DNA of 64,000 nucleotides, taken from contig JAXGYC010000009.1 of the NCBI GenBank assembly GCA_040772485.1, positions 64,001-128,000 of the forward strand, written 5' to 3'. The notes beneath the pieces are model-generated. The model did not search any database and had not been told where the DNA came from. It worked only from the letters and a program-made list of their open reading frames with translations. Below are positions 9,924 through 19,876 of the stretch, one piece after another. Both the position numbers and the translations under genes were made by a program. How positions within the stretch are numbered: position 1 is the first letter of the stretch; every line of letters starts with the position of its first letter. This DNA is from Sedimentisphaerales bacterium (GTDB taxonomy: Bacteria > Planctomycetota > Phycisphaerae > Sedimentisphaerales > Anaerobacaceae).

Positions 9924-10703
9924 ATGTCGGCTTCGGGAAATGTTGGTATCGCTCTGGGTTTGACGCTGCTGGCCGGCCTCTCGACGGGGATCGGCAGCGC
10001 CATCGCCTATTTCATCAAGCGCCCCAAGATCGTGTACCTCGCCTTCGCGCTGGGTCTGTCGGGCGGCGTGATGATCTACATCTCGTTCATGGAGATGCTG
10101 CCCGATGCGATGGAGACGATGGGCGAGGCCTGGGCGCTGCTGGTGTTCTTCCTCGGCATCGGCGTCATGGCCCTGGTCGATCTGGTGATCCCCGAGCCGG
10201 AGAACCCCCACAACTTCGAGGACATGGACGAGCCGAGGGTCGCTCACGGCAGTCACAAGCTCATGCGCACCGGCCTGTTCACCGCGCTGGCAATCGGCGT
10301 GCACAACTTCCCCGAAGGCCTGGCGACGTTCGCGGCGGCGCTGAGCGACGTGAAGCTGGGCGCGTTCATCGCCCTTGCGATCGCGATCCACAACATCCCG
10401 GAAGGAATCGCCGTGTCGGTCCCGGTCTTTTACGCGACGGGCAGCCGGAAGAAGGCATTCCTCTACTCATTCCTCTCCGGCGTCTCCGAGCCGGTCGGCG
10501 CGTTACTGGGCGTGGTCGTGCTGATGCCCTTCCTGACGCCGATGGTCCTGGCGGGCACGCTGGCCTTCGTCGCTGGCGTGATGATCTACATCGCGCTCGA
10601 CGAGCTGCTGCCGACTGCCCATCGCTACGGCCACGGCCACCTCGTCATCGGCGGGATCGTCTTCGGCATGCTCGTTATGGCCCTGAGCCTGCTGATGCTC
10701 TGA
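9924..10703 (+). CDS. zupT: ZIP family zinc transporter
   Basis: GVMIYISF, HNFPEG, HNIPEG, SEPVGA, DELLP. Confidence 0.95.
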   Translation: MSASGNVGIALGLTLLAGLSTGIGSAIAYFIKRPKIVYLAFALGLSGGVMIYISFMEMLPDAMETMGEAWALLVFFLGIGVMALVDLVIPEPENPHNFEDMDEPRVAHGSHKLMRTGLFTALAIGVHNFPEGLATFAAALSDVKLGAFIALAIAIHNIPEGIAVSVPVFYATGSRKKAFLYSFLSGVSEPVGALLGVVVLMPFLTPMVLAGTLAFVAGVMIYIALDELLPTAHRYGHGHLVIGGIVFGMLVMALSLLML

Positions 10704-10718
10704 ACAGGCAGGCGAGAA

Positions 10719-10794
10719 GTCTCTTAGGTCCTTCAGGTCCCTTTGGTCCTTTGGGGCCAAAAGGACCTAAGAGACCTAAAGGACCGAAAGGACT
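10719..10794. repeat. Inverted array of 9-bp units (GGTCCTTTx / AAAGGACCx) between convergent genes; second copy 29743-29820
   Basis: Left-arm units are reverse complements of right-arm units, forming a long hairpin. Confidence 0.8.
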
Positions 10795-11748
10795 CTATGC
10801 CGCCGCTCCGGCGCTGGTCGCCGGCTGGATCACCGACGCGGCGGTCTTGATCACGCCGGCGATGTTGGCCAGGTCCGAAGGGATGATCATCGTGTTGTTG
10901 GTCTTGGCCAGCTTGCCGAACTCGCCGAGGTACTGCTCGGCGATCCGCAGGTTGACCGCGGCGGCGCCGCCCTTGTCACTGATGGCGGCGGCGATCTTGC
11001 GGATGCCCTCGGCGGTCGCTTCGGCGACCCGCTGAATCTCGACCGCGCGGCCTTCCGCTTCGTTGATGCGCTTCTGCTTCTCGCCCTCGGAGCGGGCGAT
11101 CATCTCCTGCCGGTCGCCCTCGGCGCGGTTGATCTTGGCCTGCCGGTCGCCCTCGGAGACCGCGATCTCCGCCCGCTTCTCGCGCTCGGCGCGCATCTGC
11201 TTCTCCATGGCGTCCTTGATGCTCTGCGGCGGCAGGATGTTCTTCACCTCGTACCGCGTGACCTTGATCCCCCAGGGCTCCGACGCCTTGTCCACCGCGC
11301 CGACGATCACGCTGTTGATGTTCTCCCGCTCCTCGAACGTCCTGTCGAGGTCGAGCTTGCCCATGACGCTGCGCATGGTCGTCTGGGCCAACTGGATGGA
11401 CGCGAACCGATAATTGTCGATCCCATAGGACGCCTTCTTGGGATCGACGACCTGCATGTAGAGGATGCCGTCCACCTCGACCGCGATGTTGTCCTTGGTG
11501 ATGCAGGACTGCGACGGGACGTCGATCGCCTGTTCCTTGAGCGTGTGGCGGTAGGCCACCTTGTCCACGAAGGGCATCAGGACGTGAAAGCCCGCCTCGA
11601 GCGTCGCGGCATACTTTCCGAGGCGTTCGACGATGAAGGCCTGCTTCTGCGGCACGATGCGGATCGTCTTGACGAAGACGATGACCGCAAAGACCAATAT
11701 GCCGATCAGGATCACAGTCCAGGCACTGAAGGTAGATTGCGCCAGCAT
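10795..11748 (-). CDS. SPFH/stomatin-like (paraslipin, QmcA-like) protein
   Basis: IVERLGKY, CITKDN, AQTTMRS, WGIKVTRYEV, QMRAEREKRA. Confidence 0.93.
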   Translation of the reverse strand: MLAQSTFSAWTVILIGILVFAVIVFVKTIRIVPQKQAFIVERLGKYAATLEAGFHVLMPFVDKVAYRHTLKEQAIDVPSQSCITKDNIAVEVDGILYMQVVDPKKASYGIDNYRFASIQLAQTTMRSVMGKLDLDRTFEERENINSVIVGAVDKASEPWGIKVTRYEVKNILPPQSIKDAMEKQMRAEREKRAEIAVSEGDRQAKINRAEGDRQEMIARSEGEKQKRINEAEGRAVEIQRVAEATAEGIRKIAAAISDKGGAAAVNLRIAEQYLGEFGKLAKTNNTMIIPSDLANIAGVIKTAASVIQPATSAGAAA

Positions 11749-11800
11749 GGTTGGTTTCCTCTCAAAAGGGCGTTTTGTGTTCTGTCCGGACGAAGACGGC

Positions 11801-12259
11801 CTATAGCGGCTTGACCGTCAGCGTTGCACTGCTCTTCTGCGTGATCTGGACGACCGCACCAGCGGCAATCTCCTCGTCCGCCTGCGCGGTCCAGTGGGTT
11901 CCGTGGAATTCCACCCGCCCGGCCAGCTTGGGCGTGATCGGGCTCGTCACGATGGCGCGCTGTCCGACGTACTCGTTCAGATCGACGTTCGCATTCTGCT
12001 TGTCGGTGGTGAACCCGCCGAACATGCCCTTGACCCAGCGCCGCGCCCCGGCCAGCAATACCACCGAGGAGGCGATGAACAGGCCCAGTTGGGCGTTCAG
12101 CGAGATCGGCGTCGCCAGGCACACCCCCGCGACAATCCACGCGCCGACCGCGAAGAACGCGACGATCAGACCGGGGAGGATGAATTCCGCCACCAGCAGC
12201 ACGAGACCCACCACGAACCAGATCAGCTCCGGTCTCAGGAAGTCTTTCAACCAGTCCAT
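11801..12259 (-). CDS. NfeD family protein
   Basis: Three TM segments plus OB-like C-terminus GRVEFHGTHWTA; adjacent to SPFH gene. Confidence 0.88.
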   Translation of the reverse strand: MDWLKDFLRPELIWFVVGLVLLVAEFILPGLIVAFFAVGAWIVAGVCLATPISLNAQLGLFIASSVVLLAGARRWVKGMFGGFTTDKQNANVDLNEYVGQRAIVTSPITPKLAGRVEFHGTHWTAQADEEIAAGAVVQITQKSSATLTVKPL

Positions 12260-12307
12260 ATCTCGTCCTTTCCAGAACGCACGGGTGTCGATGTCACAGG
12301 CCGCTTT

Positions 12308-12622
12308 CTACGCCACGACCACCGCCGTGCCGTAGGCCAGGATCTCCGCGGCGTGCGTCATCACCTCCGACGTCGAGAACCGAACGCCCACAATGGCGTT
12401 GGCGCCCAACTTCTGGGCGTCCTCGATCATCCGGTCGATCGCCTGCTCGCGCGATTCGCCCAACAATTTGGTGTACTCGGCGATCTCCCCGCCGACGAGA
12501 TTGCGCAGGCCCGCCAGGATGTCCTTGCCGAGGTGGCGGGCGCGAATCGTGTTGCCGCGCACCAGACCGAGGTGTTTGGTGATCGTCTTTCCCTCTATCG
12601 TATCCGTCGTCGACAGAAGCAT
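12308..12622 (-). CDS. YbjQ/UPF0145 family protein
   Basis: LVGGEIAEYTKLL, LGANAIVGVRF, AYGTAV. Confidence 0.92.
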   Translation of the reverse strand: MLLSTTDTIEGKTITKHLGLVRGNTIRARHLGKDILAGLRNLVGGEIAEYTKLLGESREQAIDRMIEDAQKLGANAIVGVRFSTSEVMTHAAEILAYGTAVVVA

Positions 12623-12626
12623 GGGT

Positions 12627-13073
12627 CTATCTCCTTACCTCTTTATAGCGGTCTCTGCTCCAGAAATAGATTCGCTCCCGGACTACGGAGACGAACAGAA
12701 TCGCCAGTCCCGCCAGCAGCGCCAGCAGGCCCACTTTCAGCAGGGTGCTGACGGTCGGGTCCCTGATGACGGTCTCTATGGCCGTGAATCCGCCATAGAT
12801 CAGCAGCAGGATGCCGGCCACAGAGAACACCATCCATCCGATCCCGCGCTCGATGCGATTGTACAGGCCGCCCCAGTACTGCTGCCAGAGACGGTCTTCC
12901 GGCTCCACCAACGTCACGTTGTCGGTGATCTGTTTGAGCTTCGTGAACTCCTCGATCTCTTTGCGGCAATCGGAACAGGAGGCTAGGTGTGCCTCGAACG
13001 CCCGTCTCTGCGCGTCGTCGAGTTCGTTGTCAAGATAGCCCATCATGAAGTCCTTGTAATCCCGGCAGGTCAT
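12627..13073 (-). CDS. Zinc-finger (zf-HC2) anti-sigma factor with two TM helices
   Basis: MTC...YLDNEL...HLASCSDC. Confidence 0.88.
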   Translation of the reverse strand: MTCRDYKDFMMGYLDNELDDAQRRAFEAHLASCSDCRKEIEEFTKLKQITDNVTLVEPEDRLWQQYWGGLYNRIERGIGWMVFSVAGILLLIYGGFTAIETVIRDPTVSTLLKVGLLALLAGLAILFVSVVRERIYFWSRDRYKEVRR

Positions 13074-13696
13074 GGTTTCTGACCTCCTTTCCAGGGCTCG
13101 GTCCGATCGTCATCGGGCCCGGCGTCCATGTCGGGTGAGCCCTCTAATATCTCTTTCAAGCGTTTGCGTGCGTAGTACAGACGACTGGTCACCGTCCCCC
13201 GGTTGCAGAAGAGCACCTTGGCCATCTCGTCGTATGAGAGGCAGCGAAAGTGTCTCAGGACGATCACTTCGCGGTGCTTCTCATCCAGCCGGCTGATGGC
13301 GCGCCAGACGCGGTCCTTGGATTCGTTTCTTTCGGCCACCATTTCCGGATCGAAGACATCGGCCGGGTCGCTCGGCGTCGGCTCGCTGTCCATTGCGTCG
13401 AGACTCTCGGCCCGCCGCAGTCTTCGCTTGCGAAGGTGACTGAAACACAGGTTCCTCAGAATCTGGTAGAACCATGGGAAAAACTTCTCCTGACTGTTGA
13501 GTTGATCGAAATGTTTGTAGGCCCGATAAAACGCCTCCTGCGAAAGCTCCAGCGCGTCTTCGCGATTGCCCACCAGACCCAGCGCGATGAAGTAGGCGTC
13601 CTTCATGTGCGTCTTGACAACCACCTCGAACGCCTCGCGCGGGCTCCGGCATGAGCTCCATGCCACAGCGGTGTTCTGTTCGCATAGGCTTTCCAC
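13070..13696 (-). CDS. ECF RNA polymerase sigma factor
   Basis: DALELSQEAF, FFPWFYQILRN, LSYDEMA...GTVTSRLYYARKRL. Confidence 0.92.
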   Translation of the reverse strand: MESLCEQNTAVAWSSCRSPREAFEVVVKTHMKDAYFIALGLVGNREDALELSQEAFYRAYKHFDQLNSQEKFFPWFYQILRNLCFSHLRKRRLRRAESLDAMDSEPTPSDPADVFDPEMVAERNESKDRVWRAISRLDEKHREVIVLRHFRCLSYDEMAKVLFCNRGTVTSRLYYARKRLKEILEGSPDMDAGPDDDRTEPWKGGQKP

Positions 13697-13756
13697 TGTA
13701 CGGCCACTCCCGGCCCCCCCACGTTCACGTCCGACCCTGATCCTGGTCGCTGCTTA

Positions 13757-13786
13757 TATTGACCTGACAAGGGGTCTTTTTCTTCA
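13757..13786 (-). promoter_or_regulatory. Candidate ECF-type autoregulated promoter
   Basis: TGAAGA-N16-GGTCAATA on the minus strand upstream of the sigma gene. Confidence 0.35.
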
Positions 13787-13946
13787 AAAAAAATGTTGGA
13801 AAATGCGCGCCCGGATTCGGGTCGCGCGGCACGACCGGTCGGACAAACTCTTCCCAGTGCGTTCGCCCCTGGGTACTATAGCTCCGAACGCGACCGTCTT
13901 GGAGGGCGCCGCTCGCGTGCTGCTGACGTGATTGGACAGGTGGACG

Positions 13947-16133
13947 ATGCTTTCGATGGTTCATGGAAACACCTTTTACGAAACCGCGATTATTCTAAGT
14001 CTGGCGGCGGTGCTTGGCATCCTCGGCCAGCGTCTGCGCCAGCCCCTGGTCATCATGTTCCTGGCAACCGGGATCCTGGCGGGCCCGGCCTGTCTGGGCC
14101 TGATTCGCAACTACGAGCAGATCGAGCTGCTGGCGTCCATCGGGATCGCCCTGCTGCTGTTCATCGTCGGGTTGCGGCTGGACCTGAACCTGATCCGCAC
14201 CACCGGCCCGGTGGCCCTGGCCACCGGTCTGGGCCAGATCGTCTTCACTTCCGTCATCGGGTTCGTCATCGCGCTGGCCCTGGGGCTGCCCGTGGTCGGC
14301 GCGGTCTACGTCGCGGTGGCGCTGACGTTCTCCAGCACGATCATCATCGTCAAGCTCCTGTCGGACAAGAGGGAGATCGACGCATTGCACGGGCGCATCG
14401 CCGTGGGGTTCCTGATCGTGCAGGACATCGCGGCCGTCCTGGCCCTCGTAGCCCTGACGACCTTCGGCTCGGGCTTGTCTCGTGGCCAGTCGCCCGTGAC
14501 GACGTCGCTGCTCATGGCCCTCAAGGGGGCGGGTCTTCTGGTCGGCATCGGCCTGCTCATGCGATACGTTCTGCCTCGGCTGCTGGCAAAGCTCGCCCAG
14601 TCGCAGGAGATGCTCGTGCTCTTCGCGATCGCCTGGGCGGTGCTGGTCGGAGCCGCCAGTGAAAGTCTGGGATTCAGCAAGGAGATCGGCGCGTTTCTGG
14701 CCGGCATCTCCCTGGCGACGACCGAGTTCCGCGATGCGATCAGCGCCAAGCTGGTGAGCCTGCGGGACTTCCTGCTGTTGTTCTTCTTCATCGACCTCGG
14801 CGCCCGCCTGGACTGGTCGACCGTGGGGGCCCAGCTCGGGGCCTCGCTGTGGCTGTCGCTGTTCGTGCTCCTCGGCAATCCCCTGATCGTCCTGATCATC
14901 ATGGGCGCGATGGGCTATCGGCGCCGCACGAGCTTTTTGGCCGGCCTGACGGTGGCCCAGATCAGCGAGTTCTCACTGATCGTCGGGGCGCTCGGCGTTT
15001 CACTGGGCCATATTTCGCGGGAGACGATGGGCCTGATCACGCTGGTGGGGGTGGTCACGATCTTCGCTTCGACGTACATGATTCTTTACTCGCAGCCGCT
15101 GTACCAGTTCCTTTCGCCGGCGCTGAGAATCTTCGAGCGCAAGAATCCGTATCGCGAAACCACCGGCGACACCGCCGGCCCGGCTGGCCCGATGGACGCG
15201 GCGGTGGACGTCATCCTCGTCGGACTGGGCAACTACGGCAGCGGCCTGGCCGAGCGACTGCTGGAGCGGCGCATGCATATCGTCGGCGTCGACTTCGATC
15301 CGCAGGCCCTCGAGCGGTGGCGCGCCCGAGGCGTCTCCGTGCTCTATGGGGACATGGCCGACCCGGAGGTGTTCGAGCAACTGCCGATGCGCAACGCACG
15401 CTGGGTCGTCAGCACCGTTCGCTCGAAGGACGTGAGCTTCGCCCTGCTGGCGGTGCTCAAGCAGCGCGGCTACCAGGGCAAGGTGGCGCTGACGGCGGCC
15501 GACCAGGCGGAAGCGACGCTGTACGAACGTGCGGGCGTCCACGCGATTCTGCGTCCGTTCAGCGACGCCGCCGAGCAGGCGGCCGATGCGCTGACCGACG
15601 CGATGCATCTGCTGCCGCAGGATGTGGACTGGCCCGTGGCCTTTCAGGAGGTGCGCCTGCGATCGGGCTCCGCCTTCGCCGGGCAGAGCCTGCGGGACAT
15701 CCCGCTGCGCTCGCTGACGGGCGTCTCGGTCCTGGCAGTCAGCCGGGCCGGACACGCTCACTACGAACCGGCACCGGATTTCCGAGTCTATCCGGGCGAC
15801 CGCATCATCCTCATGGGCTCGCCCGGAGTGCTCAAGCAGGCGGAGGGACTCATCAACCAGATGGAGACCGTCGAGTCGGTGAACCGGCGCGAACGCTTCG
15901 AGGTCGCTGAAATCCCCCTGGACGGCAGGCCCGACTGGACGGGCAAGACGCTCGCGGAGCTGCAATTTCGCCAGCGCTACGGAGTCACGGTGGTCGGCAT
16001 CCATCGGGGCGACGAGCGTCTCACCTCACCCGGTCCCAACGAGCAACTGCGCCAGCAGGACCGGCTCATCGTCATCGGCACCGCCGACAGGATTGCCCCG
16101 CTCAGACACCATGAGACGCTGCAACCGGCCTAA
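13947..16133 (+). CDS. CPA2/Kef-type cation:proton antiporter with TrkA-N and two TrkA-C domains
   Basis: FSSTIIIVK, LIVQD, AQISEFSLI, VGLGNYG, two RCK-C repeats. Confidence 0.92.
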   Translation: MLSMVHGNTFYETAIILSLAAVLGILGQRLRQPLVIMFLATGILAGPACLGLIRNYEQIELLASIGIALLLFIVGLRLDLNLIRTTGPVALATGLGQIVFTSVIGFVIALALGLPVVGAVYVAVALTFSSTIIIVKLLSDKREIDALHGRIAVGFLIVQDIAAVLALVALTTFGSGLSRGQSPVTTSLLMALKGAGLLVGIGLLMRYVLPRLLAKLAQSQEMLVLFAIAWAVLVGAASESLGFSKEIGAFLAGISLATTEFRDAISAKLVSLRDFLLLFFFIDLGARLDWSTVGAQLGASLWLSLFVLLGNPLIVLIIMGAMGYRRRTSFLAGLTVAQISEFSLIVGALGVSLGHISRETMGLITLVGVVTIFASTYMILYSQPLYQFLSPALRIFERKNPYRETTGDTAGPAGPMDAAVDVILVGLGNYGSGLAERLLERRMHIVGVDFDPQALERWRARGVSVLYGDMADPEVFEQLPMRNARWVVSTVRSKDVSFALLAVLKQRGYQGKVALTAADQAEATLYERAGVHAILRPFSDAAEQAADALTDAMHLLPQDVDWPVAFQEVRLRSGSAFAGQSLRDIPLRSLTGVSVLAVSRAGHAHYEPAPDFRVYPGDRIILMGSPGVLKQAEGLINQMETVESVNRRERFEVAEIPLDGRPDWTGKTLAELQFRQRYGVTVVGIHRGDERLTSPGPNEQLRQQDRLIVIGTADRIAPLRHHETLQPA

Positions 16134-17476
16134 TCGAGCTTTCGACCGAAGCAGAAGAGGTGTTGGAAGCCGCGCAGGAAGACTTGGCCGTCGCTGATCG
16201 CAGGCGAAGCATAGCACGATTCGCCCATCTCGTATTGCGCGACGCGTTCGAACTGCGCTGCCGGTCTGATCACGTTCACCTGGCCGTCGTCGTTGATGAA
16301 GAAGACCAGTCCTTCTATCAGCACGGGGGATGCGTGATGCCGCCCGAGCTTCTCCTGCCAGAGCGCCTGGCCGGTGGCGGCCTCGTAACAGAACGCCACG
16401 CCGGAGTTGTTGATGGTCAGCAGAAAATCACCCGCGACGATCATGGAGGGAACGTAAGGGGCCCCCTTCGTGTCGCGCCAGGCGACGTGGGTCTCTGTGA
16501 CGTCTCCGTCGCCGTCGGGTCGGATCGCCAGAAGCACCTGCTTGGGCCAACTGCTGCTGACGAAGACCAGTCCGGCCTTCTCGCTGTAGACCGGCGTGGC
16601 CACGAATTCCTGCGAAGGACCGTCCACTTTCCAGATCACCTGGCCGGTGTCGGGATCGAAACTGGTAACGCACCGGTCGCCGCACTGGATCAGTTGGTGG
16701 CGTCCGGCGATCTTGCGGATCAGTGGGGCGCTGTAGCTGATTCCTTTGTTCTCGCGGCGGATCCGCCAGAGCGTCTTGCCGTCCTCGCGACGCAGAGCGA
16801 TCAGGAAGGAGTCGCCTTTGCTGTCCCCGTCGACGATGACCTTGTCGTCGAACAACACCGGCTCGTTGCTGAAGCCCCATTCGCCCGCGTGCGTTCCCAC
16901 CTGGACCCGCCAGAGCTGTCGGCCGCTGTCGACGTCGTGCGCCGCAACAACGATGTCATCGCCGACGCGGAAGGCGGCGTATACGCGCTGCCCATCGGTG
17001 GCCGGCGTGCCCGAGGCGTAGCTGTTCTCTCTGTGGATCTTCTCCAACGGTCCCTGCACGACGGTCTGTTGCCAGAGGATCGCGCCGGTGTGGCGATCCA
17101 GGCAGAGGAGCATGCGCTGCTGTGTCGCCGGCAGGGCGGTCACGGTCAGGACGCGATCGGCCCAGACGACGGGAGAGGCGTGCCCCACGCCGGGAAGCGC
17201 GGTCTTCCAGATCGCCGTTGCCGGGTCCCATCGGGCCGGAACGTTCTGCTCGGCGCAGGTACCGTCGCCGCGCGGGCCGCGCCAGCCGGGCCAGAATTCC
17301 GCTCGCGCAACCGAGGCCGTGCAGAGCACCAGGCCCGCAAGCAGGCCAATAAAAGAGGGTGGGTTCTCCACCCACGCACGACGGGCCCTTCGAGAAGGAC
17401 CTCGCGTGGGACAGGAACCCACCCTATACGTTGGCCGAACGCCCCACCGGCTGTCGAGAGCGCAATGACAAGTCAT
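16130..17476 (-). CDS. PQQ-like beta-propeller (BamB-like) secreted protein; start uncertain
   Basis: WPGWRGPRGDG, ASPVV, TPATDG, YASPAISDG. Confidence 0.85.
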   Translation of the reverse strand: MTCHCALDSRWGVRPTYRVGSCPTRGPSRRARRAWVENPPSFIGLLAGLVLCTASVARAEFWPGWRGPRGDGTCAEQNVPARWDPATAIWKTALPGVGHASPVVWADRVLTVTALPATQQRMLLCLDRHTGAILWQQTVVQGPLEKIHRENSYASGTPATDGQRVYAAFRVGDDIVVAAHDVDSGRQLWRVQVGTHAGEWGFSNEPVLFDDKVIVDGDSKGDSFLIALRREDGKTLWRIRRENKGISYSAPLIRKIAGRHQLIQCGDRCVTSFDPDTGQVIWKVDGPSQEFVATPVYSEKAGLVFVSSSWPKQVLLAIRPDGDGDVTETHVAWRDTKGAPYVPSMIVAGDFLLTINNSGVAFCYEAATGQALWQEKLGRHHASPVLIEGLVFFINDDGQVNVIRPAAQFERVAQYEMGESCYASPAISDGQVFLRGFQHLFCFGRKLD

Positions 17477-17516
17477 GTGGTGCCGCCCGTGCAATTCGTC
17501 ATGACCCTTCCGGAGG

Positions 17517-17837
17517 TCAGACCATGTCCTTGAGGTTCTTCAGCGGGCGAATCTTCACAATGTTCCGCGCCGGCTTGGCCTTGAACATGGTCTCCTCGCC
17601 CGTGAAGGGGTTGATGCCCTTGCGCGCCTTGGTGGCAGGCTTCCGCACGACCATGAGCTTCATCAGACCGGGGACGGTGTACGCGCCGGGGCCGCGACGA
17701 CCGAGACTCTTCTTGATCTGATCGGCCATGGCCTCGAAAACGCCGCTGACCTGCTTCTTCGTCAGACCGGTCGCGCTGGCGATCCCGGACACGATTTCCG
17801 TCTTGCTCATGGGTTTTTCCGATGCTGTTGTTGCCAT
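17517..17837 (-). CDS. HU family DNA-binding protein
   Basis: MSKTEIV...LTKKQV...VPGLMKL...GINPFTGE...VKIRPLKNLKD. Confidence 0.93.
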   Translation of the reverse strand: MATTASEKPMSKTEIVSGIASATGLTKKQVSGVFEAMADQIKKSLGRRGPGAYTVPGLMKLMVVRKPATKARKGINPFTGEETMFKAKPARNIVKIRPLKNLKDMV

Positions 17838-18026
17838 AACACAGGGTCTCCTTACACGGACAAAGACAGAGTGAACACTCCATACGCCAATCCACGGCCT
17901 CTACCGTGGAAGCTTGGGCAGAGATATGTCGTTTTGACGCGATTGTCAAGCAAGAAAGCGCCGCAAACGCCGAAATATATAGTGATTTCCGTGGATATCG
18001 TCGATTCTGATGAGGTCGAACCGGCC

Positions 18027-19439
18027 CTACAGAGCAGTACAGAAGGTGACGATGCTCTGCGCGGTCATGTCGAAGCGGGCCTCGTCGTCGTGGACGGGCA
18101 CGTCGGGCAGCTCTTTGAATTCTTCGGCGGCGCTGGTGCGGCGGACCTTCAACGAACGGAACGGCCCGAGATGGCGAAAGGCCAGGTTCAGCGTGTGCGC
18201 CTGGTCGGTGGGGTTGAGCGCGACGACGGTCAGCTCACTGGCCTTCTCATGCAGGAACGCGCCGACCTGGACGGTTCCGAAGCCGGGCGTCGCGTCGATG
18301 CGGACGGCGCCGGGCCGGATGAACCGTGTGTAGTGCATGGCGGTGTACGTCTTCGGCGTGTACGTGCTCATCACCATCAGCGCGTGAACGCTCTTGCGTC
18401 CCTCCGTGATCTGCCACGGGACGAACGCCGAGCAGTGGCCCGCCACCAGCGCGTTGTGCAGGGCGTTGCCGATCCCTTTCTGAATCGGCGCGGGCCAGTC
18501 GTGATCGCCGGTGCCGCCCTCGGTGATCCAGAACGGTTTGCCCGTCTGCGCGATCAAGTCCCAGAACCGCCGCGACGAGGTCGCCGACATCTCGCCCTTG
18601 ACGCCGTCCTCGTAGCCGTGCGTCGCGAACACGTCCAGCGCCGCCAGCGCCTTCGGATCGTTCCGAATCGCCTTCACGTAGGAGCCGGTCCCGCCTTCGT
18701 ACAGGTGGCTGGTCATCGTCTCGGGCCCGAAGATCTTCACGTGACCGTAGCCTTCGGCGTTCAGCATCTCGCGCAGCATCGCGACGATCGTGACGAAGTC
18801 CTGGCCGTTCCAGACGCAGCTCTCGAACGACTGTGTGAACTGCACCTCGTTGCCCGGACTGACGGCGTAGAAGGGCACTCCATGCGCCTCGTGCCACTTG
18901 ACGTACTCGACCATCCACTTGCAGAAGTGCTTGAAGTATCTCGGCTCGACGCGATTGTCGATGTCACCGTATCCGCCGGCGCGGATCGCGCCGGACTTCT
19001 TGTCGGTGATGGATCGATTGACCTTCATCCAGGCGGGCGGGCTCCAGACCGTGCCGATGATCCTGATCTCGGGATTGCGCCGGCGAATGGCCTGCCCGAA
19101 GTCGACGAAGATCTGCGGCCGGCCCCCGTCGGCGCCCATGTCGAAATCCTGGTAGCGAATCTGCGTCCAGTCCTCGGTCGGCTTCTCGAACGTCGGGCCC
19201 CACATGTTGACGCGCAGCATGTTGCAGCCGACGCCCTCGACGTAGATCCGCTGGAAGTCCTCCGTGCGGTAGAGATCGCGAAAGCGACCGACCCACGCAA
19301 TCAAACACGTCCCGAAGCCCTCGATGGTCTGATACCGCACCGACCCATCGACCGTGACGTCGATCTCCGTCGCCGCAGCGCTGCCGGCGATCGCGAGCAG
19401 AACCGCCATTCCCATCATCAATCTCATGCGCATGGCCAT
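18027..19439 (-). CDS. Glycoside hydrolase family 30 (xylanase-like), secreted
   Basis: YQTIEGFG, WSPPAWMK, SPGNE, FWITE, FIRPGAVRI. Confidence 0.85.
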   Translation of the reverse strand: MAMRMRLMMGMAVLLAIAGSAAATEIDVTVDGSVRYQTIEGFGTCLIAWVGRFRDLYRTEDFQRIYVEGVGCNMLRVNMWGPTFEKPTEDWTQIRYQDFDMGADGGRPQIFVDFGQAIRRRNPEIRIIGTVWSPPAWMKVNRSITDKKSGAIRAGGYGDIDNRVEPRYFKHFCKWMVEYVKWHEAHGVPFYAVSPGNEVQFTQSFESCVWNGQDFVTIVAMLREMLNAEGYGHVKIFGPETMTSHLYEGGTGSYVKAIRNDPKALAALDVFATHGYEDGVKGEMSATSSRRFWDLIAQTGKPFWITEGGTGDHDWPAPIQKGIGNALHNALVAGHCSAFVPWQITEGRKSVHALMVMSTYTPKTYTAMHYTRFIRPGAVRIDATPGFGTVQVGAFLHEKASELTVVALNPTDQAHTLNLAFRHLGPFRSLKVRRTSAAEEFKELPDVPVHDDEARFDMTAQSIVTFCTAL

Positions 19440-19607
19440 CTCCTTCCAAACACGCTATCCCGTCGGCGGGGGACCATCGCTCGTCTGCGCGGACTTGCGA
19501 CACCCGCATGCTACCCATACGCCGCAGGCCGGGCAAGGGTATGGCAAACCTCCTGAGCCGGGACGTTTTGTGACGCGATTGCCCCTCTTCCACTGGGGCA
19601 GGAAGCT

Positions 19608-19688
19608 GTTTGTAGTGTGCCCGCGAGGGCATAACCCGCCGCAGGCGGGCTATTCAGGTCAATAGCGTCTTACGACGCCACTACAAAC
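19608..19688. repeat. GTAG-tagged REP doublet, family GTAGTG (also 25634-25658, 29687-29736, 29848-29915, 63035-63102, 63219-63245)
   Basis: GTT(T/C)GTAGTGTGCCCGNRAGGGCATA ... AACGCCTNACGGCGTCACTAC(A/G)AAC with complementary ends. Confidence 0.85.
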
Positions 19689-19876
19689 GGGAATCCGCCC
19701 AAGGCGGATCACTACGAACCAAGCCCTGACCCCTGGCCAAAGCGGGTAGTCACTTTGCGTGTTGACATGGCGGCTGGTACGCCTATGATCAGGTCGATGG
19801 TGATGCGTTGCGGCGCGAGGCCGGACGAGCCAGTCCGGACCTTCTTTCGGAAACCGATGAGCGGAGTCGGTTGGAT

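Noticed and set aside
19543..19570. GGCAAACC...GGGACG riboswitch-like start
   Set aside because: No supporting second helix
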